DNA of 64,000 nt, from NCBI GenBank assembly GCA_963812155.1, contig CAWETW010000002.1, forward strand, positions 224,001 to 288,000, in the 5' to 3' direction. The notes below the pieces were generated by a model. That model had not been told where the DNA came from. It ran no database searches and was given only the letters and a program-made list of their open reading frames with translations. The translations under genes were made by a program, and so were the position numbers. The first letter of the stretch is position 1. Every line of letters starts with the position of its first letter. Positions 1 to 9,052 of this stretch are shown here, piece by piece. Source of the stretch: Vulcanimicrobiota bacterium (GTDB lineage Bacteria > Vulcanimicrobiota > Vulcanimicrobiia > Vulcanimicrobiales > Vulcanimicrobiaceae).

Positions 1-108
1 TTCGGCCTGCCAACGAGCTTGCCACGCGCGAAATTCCGGCTCTTTCCCTTCGCGCACGCACGCGCAGAGAATAAGCGTCGCTCCCAATCCCGGTGGCGTC
101 GCGCCCAT
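1..108 (-). CDS. Partial gene (5' end), possible antibiotic-biosynthesis-monooxygenase-like protein
   Basis: ATG at 108 preceded by GGAGG; reads MGATPPGLGATLILCACVREGKEPEFRAWQARWQAE and runs off the window edge; VREGKEPEFRAWQ resembles the ABM N-terminal pattern. Confidence 0.4.
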   Translation of the reverse strand, partial: MGATPPGLGATLILCACVREGKEPEFRAWQARWQAE

Positions 109-195
109 ATCGTAAAGCCTCCGCCAGACATTTTCCGCGAGCAGAGTCTGCGCCCTTGTGGAAGAACGCATTTTCGTGCCGGGCGTGCCGGACGG

Positions 196-630
196 CTATT
201 TCGGAGCGCTCGTCTCCTGCGCCGCGATGGCCATCCAAACGCCGTGTTCCTTAACGAAGACGTCCGTAAAGCGCTCGCGCACGGTTTTTCCGGATACCGT
301 CATCGTATTCAAACCGTGCACGATTGCGGCCGAGCTGCCGGCGAAGTCGGTCGTCTGATCCGTCCATTTCATGGGCGGAGCCGGCTCGCTCGCGGTGGCA
401 AGTTCCTGTGCACGGTCGAGCAGCTTTCCGTCGCTCGTCACGTGCTTATACTGTGGCGCGAGGATGGATGCGATCGTGGTGCGGTCGCCGGCCATCAACG
501 CTTTCACCCATCGCGCTTCCAATTGCGCGATTGCGGCTTCGTCTGTCTGGGTTGTCGCAATCGCAGGCCGAACAGCGACTAACAACATGATGGTAGCGCA
601 TGCGAGCGCGCATCGTCCGATTTGAGTCAT
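196..630 (-). CDS. Secreted NTF2-like / DUF4440 protein
   Basis: Signal peptide; IAQLEARWVKAL...RFTDVFVKEHGVW pattern typical of DUF4440. Confidence 0.8.
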   Translation of the reverse strand: MTQIGRCALACATIMLLVAVRPAIATTQTDEAAIAQLEARWVKALMAGDRTTIASILAPQYKHVTSDGKLLDRAQELATASEPAPPMKWTDQTTDFAGSSAAIVHGLNTMTVSGKTVRERFTDVFVKEHGVWMAIAAQETSAPK

Positions 631-827
631 GCGACTCTACGTTCGCCGCCGTAGCTCCGGCGCCCTCAGATCGGAATTACCGACGGTATGTATGGCGGAT
701 CAACAACCACCATAAACATTGTTCTTAGCAATCAAGGCTACGGTGCCGAACGTCTGTTCAGCGTCCGCAAAGGAACTCACCAGATTGGGTATCCGTAGTA
801 CTAGAGAAATGGGGGGCAGAATCAGGC

Positions 828-1773
828 ATGCGAGTAATTGTTATCGGAGCAACCGGCGCGATCGGAAAACCGTTGGTCAGCCAGCTTCACGAGCGCGGGC
901 ACGAAGTCATCGGTACGTCGCGATCGGCGAGGAATTCGGAGCGACTCCGTGAGCTTGGTGCACAGCCCGTGGTTCTCAACGCGCTCGATCTGGAAGCGAT
1001 GCGTAAGGCTTTTCGCGGAAACGCGCCCTGACGCCGTAATTTATCAGGCGACCGCTCTTTCAAATCTTTCGGATTTCAAGCACTTCGATCGGAGCTTCGC
1101 CGAGACCAATCGGCTGCGCACGGAGGGAACGGCCAACCTCGTCGCCGCCGCTCGCGAAACGGGGGTACGCCGGATCGTCGCCCAAAGTTTTTGCGGCAAC
1201 ATGCGCTACGAGCGCAGTGGCGGCCCGGTCAAGACCGAAGACGATCCCATCGACCCCAACCCGCCAAAAGGCACGCACGAGTCGTTCGCAGCGATGGCGT
1301 ATCTCGAAAAGGCCGTTACCGATGCCGGGGGAATCGCGTTGCGGTACGGCGGCTTTTACGGTAAGCCCAACGACGCATTTGTAACTGCAGTGCGTGCGGG
1401 CAAGTTTCCAATCGTCGGCGATGGCGCCGGCGTGTGGTCATTGATTCACGTGGAGGACGCTGCTGCAGCAGCAATCGCCGCGCTCGACCATGACGGCGCC
1501 GCTATTTACAACATCGTCGATGACGAACCGGCGCCTTGTCGAGTTTGGTTACCGGAAGTCGCCAAGATCCTCGGCGCGAAGCCGCCGCCTCACCTCCCTG
1601 TATTTCTCGCGCGACTTCTGGCGGGCGAACCCATCGTTATTATGGAGACCGAATCGCGCGGCGCCTCGAACGCGAAGGCAAAGCGAGAACTTGGCTGGAC
1701 GCTGAAATATCCGAGCTGGCGTCAGGGATTTGCAGCAGCGTACGGTCAGCAAGAGGCCGTGGCAATGCAATGA
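828..1773 (+). CDS. NAD-dependent epimerase/dehydratase (SDR); +1 frameshift in T-run 1010-1013, probably a sequencing error
   Basis: GATGAIG Rossmann motif in ORF 828-1031; ALRYGGFYG, IHVEDAA and YNIVDDEP in ORF 838-1773; removing one T joins them (MRKAFAETRPD). Confidence 0.85.
1556..1577 (+). repeat. 22-bp direct repeat, copy 1 (within epimerase)
   Basis: AAGTCGCCAAGATCCTCGGCGC, identical to 8877-8898. Confidence 0.9.
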
Positions 1774-1792
1774 TTCGCTCACAAGCCTTCGG

Positions 1793-4700
1793 CTAGTCAC
1801 CGCCGATGACCGCCGGCGCCGTTCCGGTTCCCGACCAAACGGCGTGCACCGGTGCTGCGGTGAGCTGGCGCTCGTTGTGGTTCGACCACTGCAGACGGTA
1901 CTTCTCGATCTTCAGCCTATCACCGGAACCGCCGCTCGCGAGCAGATCGGCACCAATCGTCGTCGAGGTCGTCGCCACGCGCACTGCCGATGCGCCGGAG
2001 AACGGTTTAAATGAAGCTATTTCGCTGAAGTTCGAAGCGAGTTCGTGCATCATCGCGCTGCGCAGGTACATCTTCGGAGCACCTTGGAGTGCGGTCGTCG
2101 TTGAAAACAGCTTTACCGTACCGGCTGCGGAGAGTTGACCGACGGCAATCGCTTCAGCGCCGCCGTACTGACCGGCGAGCCAACCCGTCGCGACCGAAAT
2201 CGGCCCGCGATAGCCGTCGCCGAAGGGCATGAACGCGGCATCGAGATGCGGAGTGCCCGGATTGTTCGGCCACGCCGGCGGCGCACCGATCGGCGTCATG
2301 AGTGAGTACGAGAACACCTTGACCTGACCGCCGCTGCCGGAAGCGGTCACGATACTGTTGCGTCCGGTGAGGAAATCGACAAATCCAGCGGCCAGGTTTA
2401 CGCCGGAAGCGTCGTCGCCGTAGGGCTCAAACGTTGCGAACGTCGCCGGCGCCGTGCCGACGCGGGGAAGCTCGCTGCCAAAAATACGGACCTGATCTTT
2501 CGAGCCGGCGCCGGAACCAACGATGATGTTGTCCGGCGCTCGTCCATCGATTTGCGTGGAAGCGACGCTCACGCCTCCGGTCTGCGCGGCGTCGAACGCT
2601 TGGAACCGTGCCAGTTCGGCCGTAAACGGCTTACCTCCACTCCCGGCTGCGCCGGAATACGCCACCACTTCGGGCGAGTGTCCCTTGCCGGCGCCGACGA
2701 TAAGGTCGTACACGCCGTCGCCGTCTACGTCGCCCATCGCGACGCTCGGCGTGCCGAAGAAGTCTGGGAATGGTGTCACGCTTCCGATCAAACGATCGCC
2801 GTTACCGTCGAAGACCTTGACGGTCGCCGGACGGCCGGGCGAACCCGAAACTGCCACCGCGTAGGCGGAGACGGCGGGAATGACGTTCACGAGCATCATC
2901 AACCCGTTGTCTTCGTGGTTGAGCCGATGACAATGCAGCACGTACAAGCCCAAGTAGTCGATGAAGTGCGTCCGCATCGACAGGGTACCGGGCTGGATCA
3001 CTGACTCTTCGGGCCCAAGCAGCGGTGCAGGAACGTTGGCGTTGTCCTCACCGTGCATTTGCGGTCCGAGCTTGAGCCCGGTCGTCGGATCGTGATACGC
3101 GGTGACCTGGAAGTCGTTAACGTGCACGTGAATCGGGTGCGCGTCGTTATTGTGGTTAACGAAGTCCCATTCTTCCACCGAACCGAGCCGCGCTTGAATC
3201 AAGGGCACGTTGGGAAACGCGTTTCCAAAAAACGCGTAGACGAACGCCTTAGGATCCTGCTTGCTGGCGTGGTTGTTCAGGAATCCGCCGTTGATGAGCA
3301 AGGTGCGCTTGACGTCGGGTGTGACCTTGGAGAGATCGTGGAACGGCGTCGGAGCGTCGAGCTGCTGTCCCGGCGCAAACGCGGTCATCACGCCTTGACC
3401 TTCCTCGGGAACCGCGTTGAGCAGCGCCTGCGACGGGAACATGAAAAATCCGTCGGCGTAGCTGATCGACTCGGGCAGGATGCTCAACGAGCCCAAATGT
3501 GCCGGCGGATTCTTCGTGCCATCGTTGGTGTAGAGGATGCCGGGCGCCGAGAGCGCACGGGCGCCCGAACCCAGACCCGGCAACTCCATACGCAGGCCAC
3601 CTTTGGCCGGCATCGTCACGGCAATCGCATAGCGCGATGCGGGTGGAATCAGCAACTCCGTTCCGTCCATCTCGTGCGGATACTCTACTCGACCGTATGC
3701 GATGCCGTCTTGTCCGACGATCGCGATCTTCGGATGATAACCGGTCGCGGTCTCGGTCAGCCGCACGTTCATGTACGCGATGTCGCTGACATTCGCGAGT
3801 ACCCAAATTTCGGTTTGCCCTGGTTTGACTTTCAGCACCGGCTCGAGCTGGCCGTTCACGGTGAATTGTGTGTCGCGCTCGTAGTCGGGGAGCTTGAGGT
3901 TGGCTTTCATCACGGGCCCGTCTTTGGCGAACGGCGTAAAGCGCTGCAAGTTCAGGGGCACGAACTGGAAGCGGCCGCGCTTGTTATCAATCGAAAGCGG
4001 TCCCGTGTACCATACCGTGGCCCACTGCGTGCCCTTCTTCGACTGCAGGAAGTTCACCGGCGCGAGGAGTGGACGATAGGTGCCGTTGGCGAGTTGGTCG
4101 CCCTCGGGTTTGATCAACGTGCTGACCCACTGCGGCCAGTTCGGGTTGGTCATCTGGGCCATTCCGTCTTTGCGATCGAAGACGGTGTTGTACTGCAGCA
4201 GCATCGTCCGAATCGGAACGTGGTTTTGCGTGACCAGCGGGATGTCGCTGTCGGCGCGTCCCACCAGCAGCATGCCGGCCAAACCGAAGTACGTTTGCAT
4301 CGCCGTGAGCGTGTGCAGGTGGCTGTGATACCAGAACGTGCCCGGCGTCATGTTCTTGGGAATGTCGTAAACGTAGGTGTTTGACATTCCGGCATCGATG
4401 TGCAGCAGCACGTTGTCGGCGTTTCCGCGCGGGCTGACGTGGGCGCCATGCACGTGCAGGTTGATCGGCGACGACGTCAGCATCGTCGGATACTTAGGCA
4501 CCGTCTGCCCAACCGGCGTGTATTTTGGATCGTAGTAGTCCGGGATGGAAAGATTGCGCAGCTCGTTGTTAATGTGAACGATGAGCCGTTCGCCGGGCTC
4601 GACGTGGAGCGTCGGCGCGGGATACATGTGGCCGCCCGACATTTGGCCGTCAGAAGACGTACCGCGCTGCACGGAGTAATCGAAGAGCAGCATATTCTTA

Positions 4701-4891
4701 ACAGGCTGCGCGACCGTATCGAGCGTTCCGGTGGTCTGGCGTGGCGTCAGCGTCACCTCGAGTACGCCGTCTTTGCTCGAAAGGACCACCGGTTCTGCGA
4801 ACGGGCGTCCGCCCATGGGTGGATCGGCGGCAGCTCCGCTCGCGAACGCCAACGCAACAAGCAATACGGAAAAAGCAAAAATCCGCGACAT
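1793..4891 (-). CDS. Secreted multicopper oxidase with C-terminal FG-GAP-like repeats
   Basis: Cu motifs HVHG, WYHSHLH, HPIHVH, HCHRLNHEDNGL; C-terminal GDVDGDGVYDLIVGAG repeats; signal peptide from MSRIFAFS. Confidence 0.9.
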   Translation of the reverse strand: MSRIFAFSVLLVALAFASGAAADPPMGGRPFAEPVVLSSKDGVLEVTLTPRQTTGTLDTVAQPVKNMLLFDYSVQRGTSSDGQMSGGHMYPAPTLHVEPGERLIVHINNELRNLSIPDYYDPKYTPVGQTVPKYPTMLTSSPINLHVHGAHVSPRGNADNVLLHIDAGMSNTYVYDIPKNMTPGTFWYHSHLHTLTAMQTYFGLAGMLLVGRADSDIPLVTQNHVPIRTMLLQYNTVFDRKDGMAQMTNPNWPQWVSTLIKPEGDQLANGTYRPLLAPVNFLQSKKGTQWATVWYTGPLSIDNKRGRFQFVPLNLQRFTPFAKDGPVMKANLKLPDYERDTQFTVNGQLEPVLKVKPGQTEIWVLANVSDIAYMNVRLTETATGYHPKIAIVGQDGIAYGRVEYPHEMDGTELLIPPASRYAIAVTMPAKGGLRMELPGLGSGARALSAPGILYTNDGTKNPPAHLGSLSILPESISYADGFFMFPSQALLNAVPEEGQGVMTAFAPGQQLDAPTPFHDLSKVTPDVKRTLLINGGFLNNHASKQDPKAFVYAFFGNAFPNVPLIQARLGSVEEWDFVNHNNDAHPIHVHVNDFQVTAYHDPTTGLKLGPQMHGEDNANVPAPLLGPEESVIQPGTLSMRTHFIDYLGLYVLHCHRLNHEDNGLMMLVNVIPAVSAYAVAVSGSPGRPATVKVFDGNGDRLIGSVTPFPDFFGTPSVAMGDVDGDGVYDLIVGAGKGHSPEVVAYSGAAGSGGKPFTAELARFQAFDAAQTGGVSVASTQIDGRAPDNIIVGSGAGSKDQVRIFGSELPRVGTAPATFATFEPYGDDASGVNLAAGFVDFLTGRNSIVTASGSGGQVKVFSYSLMTPIGAPPAWPNNPGTPHLDAAFMPFGDGYRGPISVATGWLAGQYGGAEAIAVGQLSAAGTVKLFSTTTALQGAPKMYLRSAMMHELASNFSEIASFKPFSGASAVRVATTSTTIGADLLASGGSGDRLKIEKYRLQWSNHNERQLTAAPVHAVWSGTGTAPAVIGGD

Positions 4892-5007
4892 TGCAACGAG
4901 CCCCCTGTTAAGGCGCAACGCGACTATGCTCTGAAAAGTTGTATGGAATGCGGGCCCGGTCCTTTGGCGGGGGAACGATTTACCTTGGCGAACGCTATGG
5001 AATTACT

Positions 5008-6846
5008 ATGCGCTTGCCTGGCCTCATCGTTTTGAGCGGCTGCGTTTTCGCTCTTGCCGCCTCTTCCTCAGCTAGTACGATCAAGCCGTTTCCGGTAAAG
5101 GCGGCGCATCCGCACGGGATCGTCTACAATCCGGCCGGCCCGCTTCGAGGTCTCTGGTTCGATAACCGAACGACGGACGACACGTCGAGCGTCGTCGAGT
5201 TCGACACGAGCAATGGGTCCGAAAAGACATATCTGACGCCGACGCCTGGTTCGCAACCTGGTTCGATTAACATTGCTGCCGATCACTCGATCTGGTTCAC
5301 CGAAAGCGCCGCGAACAAGATCGCGACGGTAACTCTCGCGCGTACGATCAAGGAATATCCCGTGCCCACGCCGCGTGCGTTTCCGCTCGACATCACGCGC
5401 GGCCCCGACGGCGCCATGTGGTTCGTCGAGGAGGCAGTCGGCAAGATCGGCCGCATCGCGCCCAACGGAACGGTCAAAGAGTTCGTCGTGGGCGACCGCA
5501 ACAGCCATCCTACTGCATTGATCACGGGGCCCGACAAAGCGATATGGTTTACCGAGGTCGGGGTCGGCAAGATCGGACGCTTGACGACGACCGGCAAGGT
5601 AAGTCATTTCAGCGCCGGAGCGGGAACGATGACCGGCGATATCACGACCGCGATTGACGATTCGTTCTGGTTCGGCAAACACGCTGCGGTGACGCGCATG
5701 ACGACAACCGGAGCGCTCACCGAGTACAAGCTGCCGAACGCTATCAATACGGGATCGATTTTTGGCAGCCGGAACGGCGGCGTGTTTATCGGCGTGATGC
5801 ATAAGGATGGCATCGGCTCGGTCACGACGGTTTCGGCGGACGGCAAACTCCGGCAGTTCGACCTTCCGCAAAAGAACCTGATGCCGGCCGAATTCGCACA
5901 GACTGCCGACGGCGCGTTCTGGATGGCGGTCGACAGCTTCGACCCGCACGCTTCGCCGGCACAACTCTTCACCTTGCCGTTGCCGGCCGTAACCGATCTG
6001 CCGCGAACCACGATCGTCACGGGAGGCGGTCCGGACTGGATGGCGACCGGCGCGGGCGCGATGTGGATCGCGAATATTAGCCTAAAGGAAGTCGAGCGCA
6101 TCGACGCGGCGACGAACGCGATCACCGCGCGCATCAAGGTCGACGGCGTCCCGTGCTCGGGCGCAGCATTCGGCTTTTCGAGCGTGTGGATTCCGCTGTG
6201 CGAAAACGGTAAAGGGACGTCGCTGGTGCGGATCGATGCGCCAACCAAGCGCGTCGCGGCGACGCTGCAGATTGCGCCCGCGAACTCCGAAGGCGGGATT
6301 ACGGTCAGCGGCGACAGCGTTTGGATGGCGACCGGCGATACGACCCTGTCGCGTATCGATCCGTCGAGCGGCAAAGTCCGCCAGCGCGTTGCCGTGCCGG
6401 CCGGTTCGCAGAATCCCGTTTACGACGACGGTCTCGTATGGATTACGAGCAAAGCATCAAACGTCCTAACGGCGGTCGACGCAGCGAACGGGCGCGTTGT
6501 AGCAAAAGTTCCGGTTCCGGGCGGTCCGCATTTCATTGCGGCCGGCGGCGGCGGAATATGGACCATTGGCCAGAACGACGGTGTGGTGACCCGTGTCGAT
6601 CCGCGCGCGAAGCGGGTCGCCGCACGGATCAATGCCAACATCGCCGGCTTCGGCGGCGACGTGACGTATGGGGCCGGATACGTATGGACGACCCTCGTCG
6701 ACGTCCCGCTAACGAAGATCGACGCGACTACGAACCGCATCGTTGCGCAGTACTACGGCCGCGGCGGCGATGCGATCCATTTCAACTACGGCACGGTGTG
6801 GCTGGCAGATTATAACAACCATTTGGTGTGGCGGATTAAGCCCTGA
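5008..6846 (+). CDS. Secreted double beta-propeller protein (Vgb-like plus YVTN-like)
   Basis: Repeats ITRGPDGAMWF / ITGPDKAIWFTE in the N-half and VERIDAATNAITARI-type repeats in the C-half; signal peptide MRLPGL. Confidence 0.8.
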   Translation: MRLPGLIVLSGCVFALAASSSASTIKPFPVKAAHPHGIVYNPAGPLRGLWFDNRTTDDTSSVVEFDTSNGSEKTYLTPTPGSQPGSINIAADHSIWFTESAANKIATVTLARTIKEYPVPTPRAFPLDITRGPDGAMWFVEEAVGKIGRIAPNGTVKEFVVGDRNSHPTALITGPDKAIWFTEVGVGKIGRLTTTGKVSHFSAGAGTMTGDITTAIDDSFWFGKHAAVTRMTTTGALTEYKLPNAINTGSIFGSRNGGVFIGVMHKDGIGSVTTVSADGKLRQFDLPQKNLMPAEFAQTADGAFWMAVDSFDPHASPAQLFTLPLPAVTDLPRTTIVTGGGPDWMATGAGAMWIANISLKEVERIDAATNAITARIKVDGVPCSGAAFGFSSVWIPLCENGKGTSLVRIDAPTKRVAATLQIAPANSEGGITVSGDSVWMATGDTTLSRIDPSSGKVRQRVAVPAGSQNPVYDDGLVWITSKASNVLTAVDAANGRVVAKVPVPGGPHFIAAGGGGIWTIGQNDGVVTRVDPRAKRVAARINANIAGFGGDVTYGAGYVWTTLVDVPLTKIDATTNRIVAQYYGRGGDAIHFNYGTVWLADYNNHLVWRIKP

Positions 6847-6872
6847 CTATTTCCCGCAGCACCAACGGAGCG

Positions 6873-8201
6873 TTGACTTTGCTTTTTGCAGTCTTGCTTC
6901 TGGGAAGCACTGCGCCGATATTGTCTCCACCGGTCGATTACCGACCGCCCGTGCCACGCGCGACTCCATCGGCCGAGCCGTCCGGCGGCGGGTCGAGCCT
7001 TACGATCTTCGGCCAACTTAGCGGTCAATACGCAGCGAATACGACCGGCGGGCAACAGTTGGCCGACGCTTTCGCCACGTCGTTTTTATTTGGTGCCAAC
7101 TACTCGCTCGCGCACAAACGGGCCGATGAGGCGGGAACGCTCCACTTCATTTTTACCGACGCCTTTGGGAGCAGCCTCTCGCAAAACGCACTCGGAAGCA
7201 TCACGATCGTTCAGGGTGCCTACTGTTGCGGCGAAACGCCCCGGCTCACGCTCCTCAGCTACGAGCAGAACGCCGGCAAGTTCGACATACAGGCCGGGCG
7301 CCTCCCCATGCAAGGCGACCTCTTTTCGTCGTACGATTATTGGCAGTGCAATGTTTTATGCTTTTACCAAAACGGTACGATCTCCAACGCAACGCCGGCC
7401 AACGACGGATATTCGTTCTTCCCAATGTCGGTGTGGGGTGCAAATGCACGGTTCGCTCCCTCGCAACACTTCTACGTCAGAACGGGGGTCTATCAAGCCA
7501 CGCCGCTTTCGGAAATGAACCGCGGGCAGGGATTCAACCTAGGTTTTAACGGGTCGACCGGCGTCGACTTTCCGCTCGAGTTCGGCTTTTTGAACCACGA
7601 TCCTAAAGGAAACTACACCGGAGGCGTCCGTTTGGGTGCGTACTACGACACGTCGAACGCCTTGGGTGCGGAGAGCTCTCTCGGCGCCTTCGTCGCGCCG
7701 GACAATCCAGCGCTAAGCCAAATTCCTACGACGTTATATCGCGGGCAAAAAGGCGCGTGGGTTTACCTCGACCGTCTCGTCAGCGGTTCGTCCGCTCCAA
7801 ACGAGCCCGGCGTGATGCTCTGGGGTACCTATTCGTATGGCGACCCGCAAACGGCACAGTTCGTCAACATGGCGCAGGCCGGTTTCATCCAGCATGGTAC
7901 GTTTCGTAATCGTCCCAACGATACGATTGCCTTCAGCTGGTCGTACCTCGACGTCAATCCGCGTTTGCGAACGTTCGAGTATCAACTGCAGCGACAGGGA
8001 TATGCTGTTCCGATAAATGGCGTCGAACAAGGCCTCGAACTCAACTACGGTATCGACGTCGGCGAATGGGGTTTTTTCCGGCCCGCGATTCAATACATCA
8101 TCAACCCCGCGGGTCAGACGGGCGGGTACGTCTATCCGGGCGGCGTCGTCGGATTACATAACGAGCTCGTCTTCGGTTTCAACGCGACGTGGCTCTACTG
8201 A
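6873..8201 (+). CDS. OprB-family carbohydrate-selective porin
   Basis: RLTLLSYEQ, FFPMSVWG, RPNDTIAF, LELNYG, RPAIQYIINP; C-terminal aromatic residue. Confidence 0.8.
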   Translation: MTLLFAVLLLGSTAPILSPPVDYRPPVPRATPSAEPSGGGSSLTIFGQLSGQYAANTTGGQQLADAFATSFLFGANYSLAHKRADEAGTLHFIFTDAFGSSLSQNALGSITIVQGAYCCGETPRLTLLSYEQNAGKFDIQAGRLPMQGDLFSSYDYWQCNVLCFYQNGTISNATPANDGYSFFPMSVWGANARFAPSQHFYVRTGVYQATPLSEMNRGQGFNLGFNGSTGVDFPLEFGFLNHDPKGNYTGGVRLGAYYDTSNALGAESSLGAFVAPDNPALSQIPTTLYRGQKGAWVYLDRLVSGSSAPNEPGVMLWGTYSYGDPQTAQFVNMAQAGFIQHGTFRNRPNDTIAFSWSYLDVNPRLRTFEYQLQRQGYAVPINGVEQGLELNYGIDVGEWGFFRPAIQYIINPAGQTGGYVYPGGVVGLHNELVFGFNATWLY

Positions 8202-8233
8202 GCTGCTGAGTGACTTTTGGGGGGCTTTCCAAA

Positions 8234-8875
8234 ATGCTACACACAAAGGCTTTGATAAGTCTAGCGTGCGTCGCCGCGGCGATAGCGGCCATTGCTTGTA
8301 TCGGAACGACGACCACCGTGCACGCCAATGAAAAGAGAAACCTCGGCCTTGTCGGGGTGAAGAATGAGAAAGGTACGTGGCTGCAAGCTTGGAGTAACGG
8401 TCAGGTCCACGTGAATCAGACGCGCAACAGTGAAGAGACATGGTTTTTGATAGCCGTCAATCGTGCCGCTCACATATACGCATTCGCAAATTATCGTACG
8501 GGTAACTTTTTAACCAAACAGGTCGGCTCCATTGGATGTGTCAGCGCGACCTCTCCCGACTTATCAACTGCAGCCGAGTGGAAGGTAATACCCGGTAAGC
8601 CGAGTGTCGACGCGGTAGCATTGCGTAATGTTGCTGACGGGACGCTGCTCAGTGATAACGGGGGCCTAGGCAACAATTTCCATCCCGACGTGTGTCCCGG
8701 CGGCGAGGGGTCGGCAACGACAACTACGATTCCAACCGGACCCAGCCGGGATTGGGGCGGCTGGTGGGATCTCCGGTCGGTCACTAAGCCGGATCAAAAC
8801 CCGGGCAAGGAGAGCATTATGGGGGAAGCCGTTAATGTAACTCCCGTTTCCATCCCAGTGATCACCTCGCTGTAA
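8234..8875 (+). CDS. Secreted hypothetical protein, possible beta-trefoil (fascin/ricin-like)
   Basis: Signal peptide; repeated EETWFLI..YAFANYRTGNFL / AEWKVI..VALRNVADGTLL; locally low GC (29/60 in line 8401). Confidence 0.55.
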   Translation: MLHTKALISLACVAAAIAAIACIGTTTTVHANEKRNLGLVGVKNEKGTWLQAWSNGQVHVNQTRNSEETWFLIAVNRAAHIYAFANYRTGNFLTKQVGSIGCVSATSPDLSTAAEWKVIPGKPSVDAVALRNVADGTLLSDNGGLGNNFHPDVCPGGEGSATTTTIPTGPSRDWGGWWDLRSVTKPDQNPGKESIMGEAVNVTPVSIPVITSL

Positions 8876-8876
8876 C

Positions 8877-8898
8877 AAGTCGCCAAGATCCTCGGCGC
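8877..8898 (+). repeat. 22-bp direct repeat, copy 2 (intergenic)
   Basis: Identical to 1556-1577; starts 2 nt after the stop at 8875. Confidence 0.9.
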
Positions 8899-9052
8899 TT
8901 ACGCACGATCTCCGGCGGGCGCCCTAACCGATTCCCTTTTCTGAAACTCCATTATCGTTACGAAGCTCTGTCCGCGGCCGCGTCGCCGATCGTGGGTTGA
9001 ACTTCAAGCGCGAAGGCCTGCGGGCTGGGCGCGCGCAAATGTACGGCTCGCC

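Noticed and set aside
591..599. TGGTAGCGC as a third att copy
   Set aside because: Only 9 bp and inside a signal-peptide coding region; expected by chance.
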